From: Diplonema japonicum
Lineage: Eukaryota > Protista > Euglenozoa: Diplonemea
Direction of reading: 5' to 3'
DNA length: 64,000 nt
Assembly (NCBI GenBank): GCA_964019335.1
Contig: OZ025653.1
Coordinates: 496,001-560,000, forward strand
Positions 45,474 through 58,400 of this stretch are shown piece after piece. The position numbers were made by a program, and so were the translations under genes. Numbering within the stretch: position 1 is the stretch's first letter; each line of letters opens with the position of its first letter. The notes under the pieces were generated by a model, which was given only the letters and a program-made list of their open reading frames with translations, did no database searches and was not told the origin of the DNA.

Positions 45474-47974
45474 TCAAGGCGAGGGGGATTTAAAGGGGCT
45501 GCAAGGGGAGGCGGTGTACCTTGGGGACTGGGAACTCCGCTCCAAGGCGTGACGGGATTTTGGTGAGGGACTGAGAGACGACCGCCACGGGGATCCCGCA
45601 GCGGTCTCCAAAGCAGGTGCAGCTTGGGTTGTGACAAAACTCTTGAGGTCATGGTGTTCTTTGGTAACTCTTTCCAATTCACTTCTCACATAAGCGGACG
45701 AGCTAGCCCACTCTGTAGTGGCATGTTGGTATGCTTTCAAATTCTTTCCTAAGCTTTTCACGAGGTCATCCTTTTTAGAAATCTCGCTCTTCAACTTCTG
45801 CGCTGCATCTAGTGCCTGATCCAGATGTGTCTGCTGAACCTGCACTTTGTGCCTATCCTCCCTTTGTGCAGAGATGGTAACCTGTGCGTTACGCCTGTCT
45901 TCCTTTAAGGCATTTATGATCTTCGTGTCAGCTTCATGGATCAGTTGAAGCGCCACGCACTGTTTTTTATAACCATCTTTCTTCCGCATCGCTTCATCTT
46001 TCTTGCCTGTCATCTCTTCCAGCTGTTCCCGGAGGCTTGGGAGGTCGTATTGAGCGATGCGAGACAATCTTTGGGGAGAGAGGTAAAACATGTTTGAAAG
46101 AAGAACACACCTGTGGTTTTCCGTCTTCAAGGCGGCACACTCATCTTTCAAGGTTGTTATCTTACTGGTTTGCTCGCTTATCAGGTGTTTCAAGCTGCTC
46201 ATCTCTTGAAGGGCTGCCAGTTCCCTGTCCCTATATTTATCACGCTCGTTGGCTGTTCCCACTACATCCCTGAGTGATTCCTGTGAACATAGTTGCTGTC
46301 GTTATTTACTGTGGTCATACTTTAAGTCTTTTTTCTAAATCAGAGGACTTGTTTTTGAGGGTTTGGTTCTCCGTTTGGAGAGCTTCGCTGCGTTTTTTGT
46401 ACATGAGGCCTTCTTCCTTGTTCTTGGTGTTGGTTGCTAGCATGTCTTCTGCTTCGGATCTGAGTTTTACGAGTTCGTCTTTCATCCCTTCGCGTTCTTT
46501 GCTGTCTTTGTTGATGACGAAGGCAGAACGGAAAGCTGCAGCGAACTTTTGTTTTCGTTGGCTGTCGACTTGCATCCGTAGCTCAGCTTGTGCTTCCTGC
46601 ATTTGAACCTCCACCTCCATGGCCTCGGCAAGAGCTTGTTCCCTCGCTTGCAGCTCTTCTTCAAATTCTTTTTCCCTCTCTTCGCTGACGCCGCCGCCAC
46701 CGCCGCCCTTTGCAAGCTGCTCCTTTAGTGCTTCTAGCTCCCCTCGCAGATCTGATTGTTTTGTTTTGTCCCATTCGTTTCAAATACAACAATTACATAC
46801 TTTCAACCATTCTCGCACTGGGTTGCTCGTTGCAAATCACCTTGTTGACAATAGACTTCGCCTTCAACGCGTAACGCAGTGTACTGTAAGTGTCCTCAAG
46901 GTTCTCTGTATATTGTGTTTATGTTTGTGGTTCTTATTGTATACCCTCGTGGGGACTGATGGCAGCAATCATCAATGTCTTGCTGTTGCCACCCAAAGAT
47001 TCTTTCAGGACCCATGTAAGCATGGACTCTCTATAAGGCGGGACTTCTTTCCCACCACCTTTCTTCTTCGAGTTCGCGATGAGGGTGTCGAAGACTTTTC
47101 TGAGAGTCGACAGAGAAAGGTTGATGTTCTTTGCTTCCTTGGCGGCAGTGCCTTCGACCATGGACATTTTAAGACGTTCAGACCCTGCTAAATCCACCAG
47201 GTTTATGAGGGAGTTCTTTCGCAGACCTGTGGTGGGATTGACGAGGAGGATGGAGATCTGGCAGATGGCGTGGGATCGCGAAGAGGTGGCGTTCATCTTC
47301 GTCTCGGCCAAAGCTCGTTCAGAAACACCACGTTCCATTTCTTTGGCGCATTCTGATGCGCTGCAGACGGGTTTGGTGATGAGACCAACGACTTGGATAC
47401 CTTTGACGGGGTCTTGCCTGATTTTCACAGGGCTGTACTCACCGGCTTTGGTTTTCTTATTGAAGAGATCTCGAACTTGTTCGTTGTAAATCTCCATGAA
47501 CGACACCTCCACGGTGCACTTGGTGCCTGGGTCAAGTTCCTTCTGTTGTTCAATGTGCTGAAAAAGCTCATCGATCAGAATGTACGAGACACCCCTGCTG
47601 TCGGGTGAGCCAAGCATGGTGTATGTCTTCCCTGCACCTGTTTGCCCGTACGCAAAGATGCAGCAGTTATACCCGTCAAGCGCAGAACGCAACATTTCTG
47701 CACCTGTTTTCAAGTAAACGTCGTTCTGGCCGGAGAACCCGTTCACTGAGTCGTACCCTGTGGTCGACCAGAACACCTCGTCGTAGGAGAAGGCGTCCTT
47801 CTCCTGGTACTCGTTCTCCGGGTCCAGCACCGCTATGCGGCACCCGTCGGCCTTGATGCACGGGTTGAGCGGCTGCCCCTTGTCCTCGGAGTACGCCTTT
47901 TCTCTTTTCGAGAACGGCCTCACCCTCACCATCACCTTCACATTCCCGGTTTGGACCTTTAATTTAGGCGCCAT
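45474..47974 (-). CDS. Kinesin (kinesin-3/Unc-104-like motor) with a coiled-coil tail, multi-exon
   Basis: NVKVMVRVRPF, YNCCIFAYGQTGAGKTYTM, SFMEIYNEQVRDL, TKMNATSSRSHA, LVDLAGSER, VPPYRESMLTWVLKESLGGNSKT. Confidence 0.9.
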
Positions 47975-48180
47975 TTTTCTTCTTTTTTTTTTTTTTTTGC
48001 CTTTTTTTTTTTTGCCCCCCACCTCCTCTTTTTTTTGTTTTTTTGTTTTTTCCCCTTGGAAGAGACAAATGAAGATGAAATGAAAGAAAAATAAAAAAAA
48101 ACTGGCACCAGGGGCATAGGATGTAAAGCTAACGCACTCAGTTCACAGAAAAAAAAAAGAGAGAAAAAAAAAAAAAAAAC

Positions 48181-48924
48181 TCACAATTTGTTAGGGAAGA
48201 GTTTGAACATGTCCTTAGTGGTAGCGAGGTCGGAGGCCTTGCAACCCCTGTCATCGGTAAGGGAGAGGTCGCACCCGTGTTCGAGGAGAGCAGAGGCAAC
48301 CGCGACATTATTGCGTGCCACAGCCTCCATGAGGGGCGTGCGAGAGTAGTGGTTGGCGGCATTGGGGTTCGCACCACGTGAAAGGAGCATGGCGGTTATG
48401 TGGTGCTCCCCCGAGCGGGCAACATCATGCAGGGGCACCTCACCGAAATAATCGCACACATTGGGATCCGCAGTAAAGTCGAACAAAATCTGTGCTACTT
48501 TTTCAGAACCACATCTGCTAACGGCGTGCAGTGCTGTGTACTGGTTATATCTACCTGACTGCTTGCTGTTGACATCTACACCAGCCTCCAATTGTAGCGT
48601 CACTGCGAAGGCATCTCCGCGCAATGCCGCATCAATCATGGCATCAGGGCCTACTTCCCATCCATGACCTTCTATCTCCTCTGTTGCCTTTTGTTTATTT
48701 GTGACTTCCAAGGTCAACACTGCATCGAAGCCCAAGCCGAGGTCCATTACCTCTTGGTCGTCACTCAACTCAGCCCCTTCGAAAACGAGGTTTTGATCGC
48801 ATGTCTCGATTCCCGTTACCTTTGCGATCTCAGTTTTTATATCTCTTACGTTGTACTCTTCCCCCACCTCAACTTGGACACTGCTGTCATCATATAGCTC
48901 AACCAACACAGAAACCGTGTTCAT
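48181..48924 (-). CDS. Ubiquitin-like domain plus ankyrin-repeat protein
   Basis: VRDIKTEIAKVTGIETCDQNLVFEGAELSDD (UBL), followed by TALH, VPLH and TPLM ankyrin repeats. Confidence 0.85.
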   Translation of the reverse strand: MNTVSVLVELYDDSSVQVEVGEEYNVRDIKTEIAKVTGIETCDQNLVFEGAELSDDQEVMDLGLGFDAVLTLEVTNKQKATEEIEGHGWEVGPDAMIDAALRGDAFAVTLQLEAGVDVNSKQSGRYNQYTALHAVSRCGSEKVAQILFDFTADPNVCDYFGEVPLHDVARSGEHHITAMLLSRGANPNAANHYSRTPLMEAVARNNVAVASALLEHGCDLSLTDDRGCKASDLATTKDMFKLFPNKL

Positions 48925-49368
48925 AAGGAAGTACAATTAAAAAAAAAACAAAAAAAAGGGGGGAGGGGAGGGTGAGCTAGCCTGTTTAGATACGATATGA
49001 AAAAAAAGAAATTTAGTGGGGGGGGGATGGAAAAGGGGGATATCGGAAACAAAACAGATACACTTTCTTTTCCCGCTCCCCCACCCACCCGGAAGAAAAA
49101 AAAGGAAAAAAAAAACCACACAAAAAGTAATTTTATTAAGAACATTAAAAAACAAAAAAACGCCGATTCGTGAGTTTTTTTTTTTTTTTTTGTATCACGC
49201 CTTCTCTTGTTGTTTTCCTTCTCTTTTTTTTATGTAACAAGATATAAAAAAAAATCGAAAAGAAAAAGCAAAAAGGGGGGGGAGGGGTAAATATCTATAC
49301 TGGATTGAAGAAGGGAATAGAAAAGAGGGAAACAAAAAAGGAAAAAAAAAAAAGGAAAACGTTGATTT

Positions 49369-51927
49369 TTACGTGCGAACCGTCATCAGCCCCGATACCG
49401 TAAATTCTTCCTTGACAGGAGCAGCAGAAGTATAAGTGAGTCGGAGCTTCATAGCTACGGGGCGAGGCTCTGCTTGATTCGTGACCGACATGGGCTGAAC
49501 AAGAAGGCCATGCGGGGGTACTTGCATTTGTTCTTTCGGGTGCATCTGCAAAACGGCAGTCTTGGTGACCGCAGCAAGCATCTCGACGTTCGTGAGCTGT
49601 GTGCTCCCGAGGTTGGCGATAACAGCCGTAATGAGAACCTTTTTTTTTCCTCTTCTTTTTTTTCATGCTTCCACATACATCAGCCCGCGAAGGATCTTGC
49701 TTCATGACATAGAAGGTGACGGTGACATCAGCATTTTGAAGCCCAACCGTTTGGTCTGTGAAGTGATGTTCATAAATTTCCAAACGAAACAAAGGAAAAA
49801 AGACGGCATACAGATAACAGGGTGCGGCGGTGTGTACAATGGTGCTTTTGGAGCAGCGGAGGGCGGGGCAGCAGGTGCTGACCCAAATATATCGTCGATA
49901 AGAACCCCGTTGGAAGCAGGCGCTGCTGCTGCTGCTGGTGTAGCGTCGGAGCCGCCAAAAATAGAGTCGAGGAAGCCAGCATCGCCATTCCCTGTGACAG
50001 GGTCAGCATGCGCACTTACCTGAGGTTCCGCTTGGGGTTCCGCCTGTGGTGCTGCTTGTCCCGCACCTGTGCTGCTCGTCAGTATAATCGAGTTTTCCTG
50101 TTTCGATAGTTTAATCAAATACTATAAACACACCTCAGTAACAGGCATCCTCTCAGCAGCCGCTCGTGCAATGGACGTATCACTGCTGACAAGCATCTGC
50201 AAGTACTCCCATGCCCTCTGTTGCAGCTCCGTATTACTTGAGCTCTGGTGAAACTGGAATACTTCCACAGCTGTTTTCTGCTGTGCGGGGAACCTGTGGT
50301 GTTACGGGGGAAAAGACAAATGGGTGCCATACTTCACTGCCGCCTTAAACAGCGAGTTCAAGCAGTACTGCTTGACCGTGGTGCTGTTGCTCGTCTGCAG
50401 GATATTCTTTATCTTGCTCAGAACCGATTCTGCGCTCACGCTCGGGACGAGGTAGTCGGCGTATTCCCCTGCACACCACACCGTGGCTTGGAGCAGTGCC
50501 TCCTTCCTTATCGTCTCGGAGTCGGGTGTTGCAGGGACTTTTGCCCACAATTTCCCAACCATGTCTTCTTGGATGTTCTTCTCGGACTGTGACACAAGCC
50601 TGATAAACTTATTGGCTGCCGACTCGTTCAAATGTTCACCTGCCGCGCACATGAGGTTGAGGAGCGTCCCGATGTGCCACTGCACGCTGGGGGCGTACCT
50701 CTCGCACGCTGTGCAGATCTTCGCGGCGAGGTCGTCCTTGAACTCCTTTTTCGAAAATTCCAAGTAGCCCAGCAGGTCAGGGATCAGCGCTCGCACGTTG
50801 GAGTTGTCCACCAGCGAGTACACAAGATCCAAGGCACGTCTCCGTATCGAGTCGTCGTAGTCGGTGAGGCAGTCGACGATGGTGTTCTTGTGGCGCATGA
50901 CGGCAGCATGGTCCTTTTCGATCAGCATGGGGAAGGTTTCCAATGCCACGTACCGCATGTTGTTGCTTTTGTTGGTGAGGAACCTGCCAAGGATGGTGAC
51001 GGCGAACGGGATAAGCTCCTCCTCGTCCAAGGCGAGAATGGTCTTGACGCACTCGTAGAGCACAGCGTTGCCCGGCAGCGTGCTGCCGTCGGTAAAGGTA
51101 GAGACCTTAATGAGGATCTCAATGAGTTGTTGCGTAGAGTCGTCGTTGGAACCTACAATGCGGAAAAACTGGAGGAGCTTGGTTTGAAGGAAGGGGTCTG
51201 AGATGCCGGAGAAGTCGCGATCGACGGTAATGGAACCGGTGGCTATTGTTTTGAGTTTTAAGATGGCTTGCGGGAGACAACTGGTGAAGACATGTTTATA
51301 AGATTCCGCCTCGGGGAGGAGCAGGCACTCGTTGATGAGAGGAAGGGCTGAGAGAAGCACACCGCTAGATACCTTTTCATGGAAAACGTCAGCGACAGGA
51401 TTGAGGAAGGTTTCGACGAGAGTCGGCACACGTCGGACACAACGAAGCGCTGCAAGACATGCTCGTTTACGGATGTTCCCATTCCCAACCTCAGCACAAC
51501 ACGCGGCAACTTCAGAACTCAACCCACGCGCCATGTCTTCACCAGAAATATTCGCGATGGTGGTCAATACCATAGCTCTAACGTGCTCATTCTTGTTGCT
51601 CAAATCGACTTTTAACTGATGTTCCACCAGCGTTAAAATATCGTCTGTTTCATCCAAAAGCATTGTGAGCGCCAGGTATCCGATCTTCTTCTCCCTGAAT
51701 ATGTCACTGGAGATTAGTTTGATGCACTCTACCTGTCCGAACTCGGTGGGATGACCCAGGAGGCTTAAGTACATCAATTTGTTTACATTTCGAGATCTAT
51801 ACTGCTCCTTGCCTTCCTTGAAGGCTGTTCGAATCATGATACATTCATTCTTGATCACCACACGTTCCTCAGCAGCGGTCTTGGCCCCGCGGACCTTCTT
51901 TATAACGTCTATTAGTTTGTTGGACAT
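49369..51927 (-). CDS. AP1G1: AP-1 complex gamma adaptin, multi-exon
   Basis: KLIDVIKKVRGAKTAAEERVVIKNEC...IR; GHPTEFGQVECIKL; EKKIGYLAL; DPFLQ; GNAVLYECV; LGRFLTNKSNNMRYVAL; C-terminal GAE-like exons. Confidence 0.92.
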
Positions 51928-52808
51928 TTTCTTTTTTTTTCCCCCTTCTATCCCGTTTTTCTTTCTCTTCCCTCCTCCCTCCTCCTTTTTTTTTTTTTGA
52001 GGGTATATTTTTTTGTTTTTCTTGAGGGAATAATATATTTTTTTTCTCTTTTTTTTTAATGGGGAAAACGGGTTTAGAAAGGAAGACCAACAAAAAAAGA
52101 AGGGTTAAAGAGAGAGGGGGGAAATAAGAAAAGCAAACCGTGGGTATCCTTTTTATTTCTTTTCTCTGTTTTTTTTTTTCTTTTTTTTCTTCTCTTCTTC
52201 TGTTTGCTTCTCCTCTCATCGAAGAACAGGGGGGGAGAGGAAATGAAAGGAAAGGGGGGTGGTGAGAGGGGGGAAAGGGCAAAGAGGAACCGAGCGATGG
52301 TTGTATAGAATAGTGCTTGGATCACAAACCTGTAGAATTTACCTTCGGGATGCATATAAGCTGATTCTTGGCTTTTCTTTTTTTTTTGGTTACGTTTTTT
52401 TTTTTTTCTTATTTTTCTTTCCCTTGTTCTTTTTACCTCTTTGGTTTAAAAAACTGCTTTTAACGGGGTGTTTCGGAAATTTGAACATTTATAACGGTGA
52501 TGCTGGGGCAAAGGGGGTGGGGTGGGGTGGGGGGGGGGGGGGGGGGGGGGGCATGGAGAGAGGGATGGAAAGGTCCAAAGACCTTGTACCATATCCAATA
52601 AAAAAAATTGCTTTACATTGTTCTTTTTTTATTATAGTAAATTGCATTTCGTTTTGTATCACGTTTTTTTTTTTCTTTTTCTTTCTTTCTTTCTTTCTTT
52701 TTTTTTCATCTTTTTATTTTCGTTTTTCTTTTTTTTTTTTCTTGCGCTTTCTTTTGCTAAATTATAAATGCAATTTATTTTTTTTATGAAAAACTATTCT
52801 GCCACCGC

Positions 52809-54542
52809 TCACGCCATGGAGGGGTAGTTGATCCCACGGAGGGGAAGGAAGGTCTCCTTGATGGACCTGGCCGACACCCACCTGTATTTTTGTGTGTTTT
52901 TTTTTTTCTCTCTCTTCTTTTTGCCCATTGAGACATACCTGGACATGAAGGCGGCGGAACCTGCCTTGTCGTTGGTGCCCGAGGCCCTGGCCCCACCGAA
53001 GGGCTGCTGGGCGACGATGGAACCAGTGGACTTGTCGTTCACGTAGAAGTTCCCAGTGCTGTGCTTCATCTCCTCAGCCACGTTCCTGATCACCTCCCTG
53101 TCCTTCGCGAAGATGGATCCGGTGAGACTGTAGGGGGTTGTCCCGTCGATGAGGGCGGGCATCTCGTCGAACTTCCCATCCTCGAAGGGGTACACGGTCA
53201 GCACGGGCCCGAAGATTTCCTCCCTCATCGACTTTGTGAGGGGGTTCGTGGTCTCGATGATGGTAGGCTTCACGAACCACCCCTCGGAGTCATCACACTC
53301 TCCTCCCACAAGGATCTTGCACTCGGGGTCAACCTTAGCACCGTCGATGTACGACTTCACCTTCCTGAAGGCCTTCTCGTCAATCACGGCTCCCATGAAG
53401 GTCGACAAGTCGGAGTGCACGTTGCCCATGTGCAGCTTCGACACCGCCTCGCACATCTCGTCCCTGAGACCGCCCTCCCACACGCTCTTCGGGATGTACA
53501 GCCTGCTCGTGGCGCTGCACTTCTGCCCCTGGTACTCGAAGGCCCCCCTCACAGTCCCGTTCAGCACCGACTCCATGTCGGCAGAGCTGTGGACAAGGTG
53601 GAAGTTCTTCCCACCACACTCACCCACGAGCCTGGGGTAGCTCTTGTAGGTGCTGATGTTGTTCCCAACATGTGTCCAGATGTTGGAGAAGGTGCGTGTG
53701 GAACCGGTGAAGGCAACGGCGGCAAGGTCGGGGTTGGGGATGATGTAGTCGTTGTAGAGGGAGGGGTCGGAGGGGACGAAGTTGATCACACCAGGGGGAA
53801 GCCCGGCCTCCTCCATGATCTTCATGCAGAGGTAGTTGCTGTGAACAGCCGCGTCACTGCACTTCCACACCACCGTGTTACCCATGAGAGCAGGGGCGGT
53901 GGGGAGATGGATCCCGATCGCGGTGAAGTTGAAGGGGGTGATGGCAAGGCAGAAACCTTCAAGAGGACGGTAGTCGCTGAAGTTCCAGGTCCCCTCACCC
54001 GACACAGGCTGCTGCTGGTACAGCTGCTCAGCGTACTTCACGTCGAACCTTAAGAAGTCGATGGACTCAACAGCAGCATCGATCTCCGCCTGCCACACCG
54101 TCTTCGACTGCCCCAGCATGGTCGAAGCAAGAATGTCGGACCTGTACTTCGTCGCCATCAGGTCTGCCGCCTTCAGCCAGATCGCAGCCCTGTGCTGGAA
54201 GGGCATGTTCTCCCACTCTTTCTTTGCCCCCATCGCCGCCTTGCACGCCTGGTCCAGGGCGTCCTTCGTTCCGTAGGAGAAAGTGCAAAGAGTCTTCTTG
54301 TTCTCGTGAGGGATCTCCCTCGCCACCTTTTCAGAGGTGTGCACCTCCTTCCCGTTGATCACCGCAGGGATGTCCCACTGCTCGGAGCTCATCTTCTTCA
54401 CAGAGGCGATCACATCCTCCCTCTCCTGCGAACCGGGGGCGTAGTCCAGGAGGGGCTCGTTCTTGATCTCGGGCACACGGTACGTCCCGTTCACACCTCC
54501 GTGGAACGCCCTGCGGGTGATCTTGCTGGTGCTGCTCCTCAT
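52809..54542 (-). CDS. ALDH4A1: Delta-1-pyrroline-5-carboxylate dehydrogenase (ALDH4), mitochondrial, copy 1 (intron 52882-52938)
   Basis: NEPLLDYAPGS, QAEIDAA, PFNFTAIG, YPRLVGECGGKNFH, AFEYQGQKCSATSR, EEIFGP, QQPFGGARASGTNDKAG; splicing yields ...MSRWVSARSIKETF. Confidence 0.97.
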   Translation of the reverse strand: MRSSTSKITRRAFHGGVNGTYRVPEIKNEPLLDYAPGSQEREDVIASVKKMSSEQWDIPAVINGKEVHTSEKVAREIPHENKKTLCTFSYGTKDALDQACKAAMGAKKEWENMPFQHRAAIWLKAADLMATKYRSDILASTMLGQSKTVWQAEIDAAVESIDFLRFDVKYAEQLYQQQPVSGEGTWNFSDYRPLEGFCLAITPFNFTAIGIHLPTAPALMGNTVVWKCSDAAVHSNYLCMKIMEEAGLPPGVINFVPSDPSLYNDYIIPNPDLAAVAFTGSTRTFSNIWTHVGNNISTYKSYPRLVGECGGKNFHLVHSSADMESVLNGTVRGAFEYQGQKCSATSRLYIPKSVWEGGLRDEMCEAVSKLHMGNVHSDLSTFMGAVIDEKAFRKVKSYIDGAKVDPECKILVGGECDDSEGWFVKPTIIETTNPLTKSMREEIFGPVLTVYPFEDGKFDEMPALIDGTTPYSLTGSIFAKDREVIRNVAEEMKHSTGNFYVNDKSTGSIVAQQPFGGARASGTNDKAGSAAFMSRYVSMGKKKREKKKNTQKYRWVSARSIKETFLPLRGINYPSMA

Positions 54543-55444
54543 TGTTTTAAGTATAAGTGCTAATCGGCCTGTTATGGTGTTAAGACAAACATGAAAACAA
54601 AATAACTCAGTTAGACATCCATAACAACGAGTTCCGAGGGGTTAGCAGGCGCAACATACATGCAGAAGGGCAGACAGTGGACACTTATAACATGCTAAGT
54701 CTAGCTTGCATTTTTCCTGCTTCGGAACCGCTGGAACAATAATAAAGAGGGTGTTACTCTGACCCTGCAGGGTGGCTTACGCTGAGTAAACAAAACATTA
54801 AAAAAAAGGGAGGGGGGATCGATAAGTAAGAAATAAGCAAAGTTATTCCCTGCTATTGCTGTTTTGCGTGTTACAAACCCGATAAAAGAGATTATTTTTG
54901 CAAGCGCTGTCCAGCATTTCTTTTTGATAATTATAGTGTTTCTGTTCACTGAGGGGAAAAAAGAAAAAAAAGGGGGGGACCAAGGCAACCATGGGTTTTC
55001 CTCGAATGGGAGGGGAAAGGGGGGAGGGTAATTACGTCAGCGCGTTATATTTTTCTTTTCTCTCTCTCTCGCCTGATATCGGCAAATCTTCATTCACACC
55101 ACCCCAAAAAAAAAAACGTTTTTTTTTTTTTTTTTTTTTTTTTTTATTGCAACTTCTTAAATTCTTCTGGTGAAAGGGAGGCACATCATATAGTGTCCCC
55201 ACTATCCAGATAGATAAAGCCAGTCAAAAAGTAAAAATAATCTGTTGTTTAAGGTAGGCGTATGGGCTATATTCTTCGTCGCCACTTCTCGGTTGCCGCC
55301 ACCAAATAAAAAACACAAAAACCAAAAAAGCACCCAAAACAAAAAAAAAAACCAGATCACTAATAAAGGTGCTCAGACCTGTTGAAACGTTTTCTTTTCT
55401 TTTTATTTCTTCGTTTTCGTGTTTATTCCTCGTTCTGCGAGTTC

Positions 55445-58400
55445 TCACGCCATGGAGGGGTAGTTGATCCCACGGAGGGGAAGGAAGGTCTCCTTGATGG
55501 ACCTGGCCGACACCCACCTGTATTTTTGTGTCGCTCCATATTCGCTAAGTGACCCGCCCTATGTCCCAAAGGGGTTATAGGGGGGCTATAGGGGAAAAAA
55601 TGTCAAAAATGCCCAAAGGCTCATTGAATTTTTTTTTTCAAAAAATCCATATGTCGAACATGAAAGAACGGCGAGTTCCAAGGAAGTTCCAAAAAAGATT
55701 TTCCAAAAAAAAAATATTGGGGGCCAACCAAAATGACCTTGGAAGTCGCCATTTTGGGTTTTGGCCATTTTTGCCAAACTTTTGCAACTGGGCACTTTTC
55801 CTTTGAATAACATGGTTAACAGGGTTCGATCCCAGAAGCCAGCATCTTCCTGACCAGTAGTTCAGCCGAAAATATTTTCGAAGGCGTAGTAGTCTAGTTG
55901 GGGGGGCTTTGCCCTGTACCTAGGCGAAGCGGGTTCAAACCCCACTCCAGCGGATTTTTTTAGCCTGAACCGGTATTTCCGCGAAAGCTTTTCGTAAGCT
56001 TGTGGGAGTCTAGTTGAGAAAAGTGCAGTTTTGAGGGAAGGACAGCTTCTTAACATTGTAAGATTGTTAGTTGTTAGTCAGTAAGCATAACAGTCCTGTC
56101 CTCTGTTCTTTCGGCCGTAATCACCAATACAAACGGGTGGAGATGACGAGAAGGTCAAAGAGGGTTCCGTAGGGGAGTTTATAGTTGAAGAGACAGATGC
56201 GCGTCTACGCCGTCCACCACAGGGCAACGTACAGTCCAAATGGCATAGTCATTTGAAAGTGACGTTGCCTTTGGGGCAGAAGTTATTTCTGCTTGGAAGG
56301 AACAGTAACAGCAGTAGCAGCAGCAAAGACAGTAGCGACAACAGAAAGTAAAGAAGAAGACATCCTCCCCCCCCTTCCTCCTCCTCCCTTCCTGCTGTTC
56401 TACTTCGGGTGGATCAAGCGTCTGAAGAAACAACAGATTTTTCTGATGACCCCTACTCTTCAGTGTACTAGTTTCTTTTCATCATTATTCTGTGTTGGTC
56501 ACCGATCACACCAACACCGGCTGAGGAAGACGCAGTACTACCTGCTGGAAATGGTGGCAAAACGAGACCGGCTTCTCCAGGACAAGAGAATGCTAGAAAC
56601 GTACACGACGCACCCCTGGGAACAGATAACGGAAGGAAACGCTCATGCACACCACCTGAGTGGTAGGAGCTGAAGAAGCACGTGAGCGGGAGCCTGATGA
56701 TGAAGCACGGAGAAGACATGCTCAGGAATCTGAAGTAGTACGACGGACCGAGGAAGACGAGTCACCACAATGGAACTCGTACTAGACTTCGAGAACAGGG
56801 AAAGGGGTAGATAAGTAGAGATAAGTAGACAAGGACGTTCCAGAACAGGAACCTCCTTTATCTCATCTCTTATTCGAAGCACGTCGTGAGTGTGTATTGC
56901 GGAGGATATCTGGTGTGGAAAGAAGGGACCTACTCCACTCACTATGCCGGATGCCTGAGTAAAGATGGGGGGTCAGAGTTTTGAATTCCTGTGTGGTAGA
57001 GTGGTTACCGTGCTCACCTGTCAGGCCCCCTTGTTCCAGGACGGGTTCGAATCCCGACGCAGTGGTTTTTTCATCAGGGTTCGAACCCCACTTGTGCTGT
57101 GTTTTTTCCACCGGAGCTGCTTCATAGTAAGGCAAATCACCAAAAAAAATTTTATTACAAAAAAAAATTCCATATGTCGAACATTGGGCCCCGTACGCAA
57201 ATAAATCCATTCCAGCCCTAGAAAAAGCAATTAGAAATTTTTTTAGCTCTTCAAAATGCGGTTTCTGGTGGGTCACTTAGCGAATATAGAGCGTGTGTTT
57301 TTTTTTTTCTCTCTCTCTTCTTTTTGCCCATTGAGACATACCTGGACATGAAGGCGGCGGAACCTGCCTTGTCGTTGGTGCCCGAGGCCCTGGCCCCACC
57401 GAAGGGCTGCTGGGCGACGATGGAACCAGTGGACTTGTCGTTCACGTAGAAGTTCCCAGTGCTGTGCTTCATCTCCTCAGCCACGTTCCTGATCACCTCC
57501 CTGTCCTTCGCGAAGATGGATCCGGTGAGACTGTAGGGGGTTGTCCCGTCGATGAGGGCGGGCATCTCGTCGAACTTCCCATCCTCGAAGGGGTACACGG
57601 TCAGCACGGGCCCGAAGATTTCCTCCCTCATCGACTTTGTGAGGGGGTTCGTGGTCTCGATGATGGTAGGCTTCACGAACCACCCCTCGGAGTCATCACA
57701 CTCTCCTCCCACAAGGATCTTGCACTCGGGGTCAACCTTAGCACCGTCGATGTACGACTTCACCTTCCTGAAGGCCTTCTCGTCAATCACGGCTCCCATG
57801 AAGGTCGACAAGTCGGAGTGCACGTTGCCCATGTGCAGCTTCGACACCGCCTCGCACATCTCGTCCCTGAGACCGCCCTCCCACACGCTCTTCGGGATGT
57901 ACAGCCTGCTCGTGGCGCTGCACTTCTGCCCCTGGTACTCGAAGGCCCCCCTCACAGTCCCGTTCAGCACCGACTCCATGTCGGCAGAGCTGTGGACAAG
58001 GTGGAAGTTCTTCCCACCACACTCACCCACGAGCCTGGGGTAGCTCTTGTAGGTGCTGATGTTGTTCCCAACATGTGTCCAGATGTTGGAGAAGGTGCGT
58101 GTGGAACCGGTGAAGGCAACGGCGGCAAGGTCGGGGTTGGGGATGATGTAGTCGTTGTAGAGGGAGGGGTCGGAGGGGACGAAGTTGATCACACCAGGGG
58201 GAAGCCCGGCCTCCTCCATGATCTTCATGCAGAGGTAGTTGCTGTGAACAGCCGCGTCACTGCACTTCCACACCACCGTGTTACCCATGAGAGCAGGGGC
58301 GGTGGGGAGATGGATCCCGATCGCGGTGAAGTTGAAGGGGGTGATGGCAAGGCAGAAACCTTCAAGAGGACGGTAGTCGCTGAAGTTCCAGGTCCCCTCA

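Larger units (their letters stand above)
55532..57293. mobile_element. Non-autonomous TIR DNA transposon (24-bp TIR, 3-bp TSD) inserted in the P5CDH intron
   Basis: TIRs CGCTCCATATTCGCTAAGTGACCC (55532-55555) and the reverse complement of 57270-57293 (1 mismatch). TGT TSD deduced from the empty site in copy 1 (TTTTTGTGTGTTTT). Confidence 0.92.

Noticed and set aside
53061-54053. 330-aa plus-strand ORF (and its twin 57464-58456), plus other long plus-strand ORFs such as 25780-26868 and 17428-18162
   Set aside because: Antisense shadows of well-supported minus-strand genes with biased codon usage; no recognisable motifs.
56293-56673. 126-aa ORF inside the TIR element as a transposase or Fanzor
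   Set aside because: No DDE, RuvC or zinc-finger motif; low-complexity start.
56987-57065. Functional tRNA-Asp gene
   Set aside because: Anticodon stem unpaired and variable region aberrant; treated as tRNA-like only.
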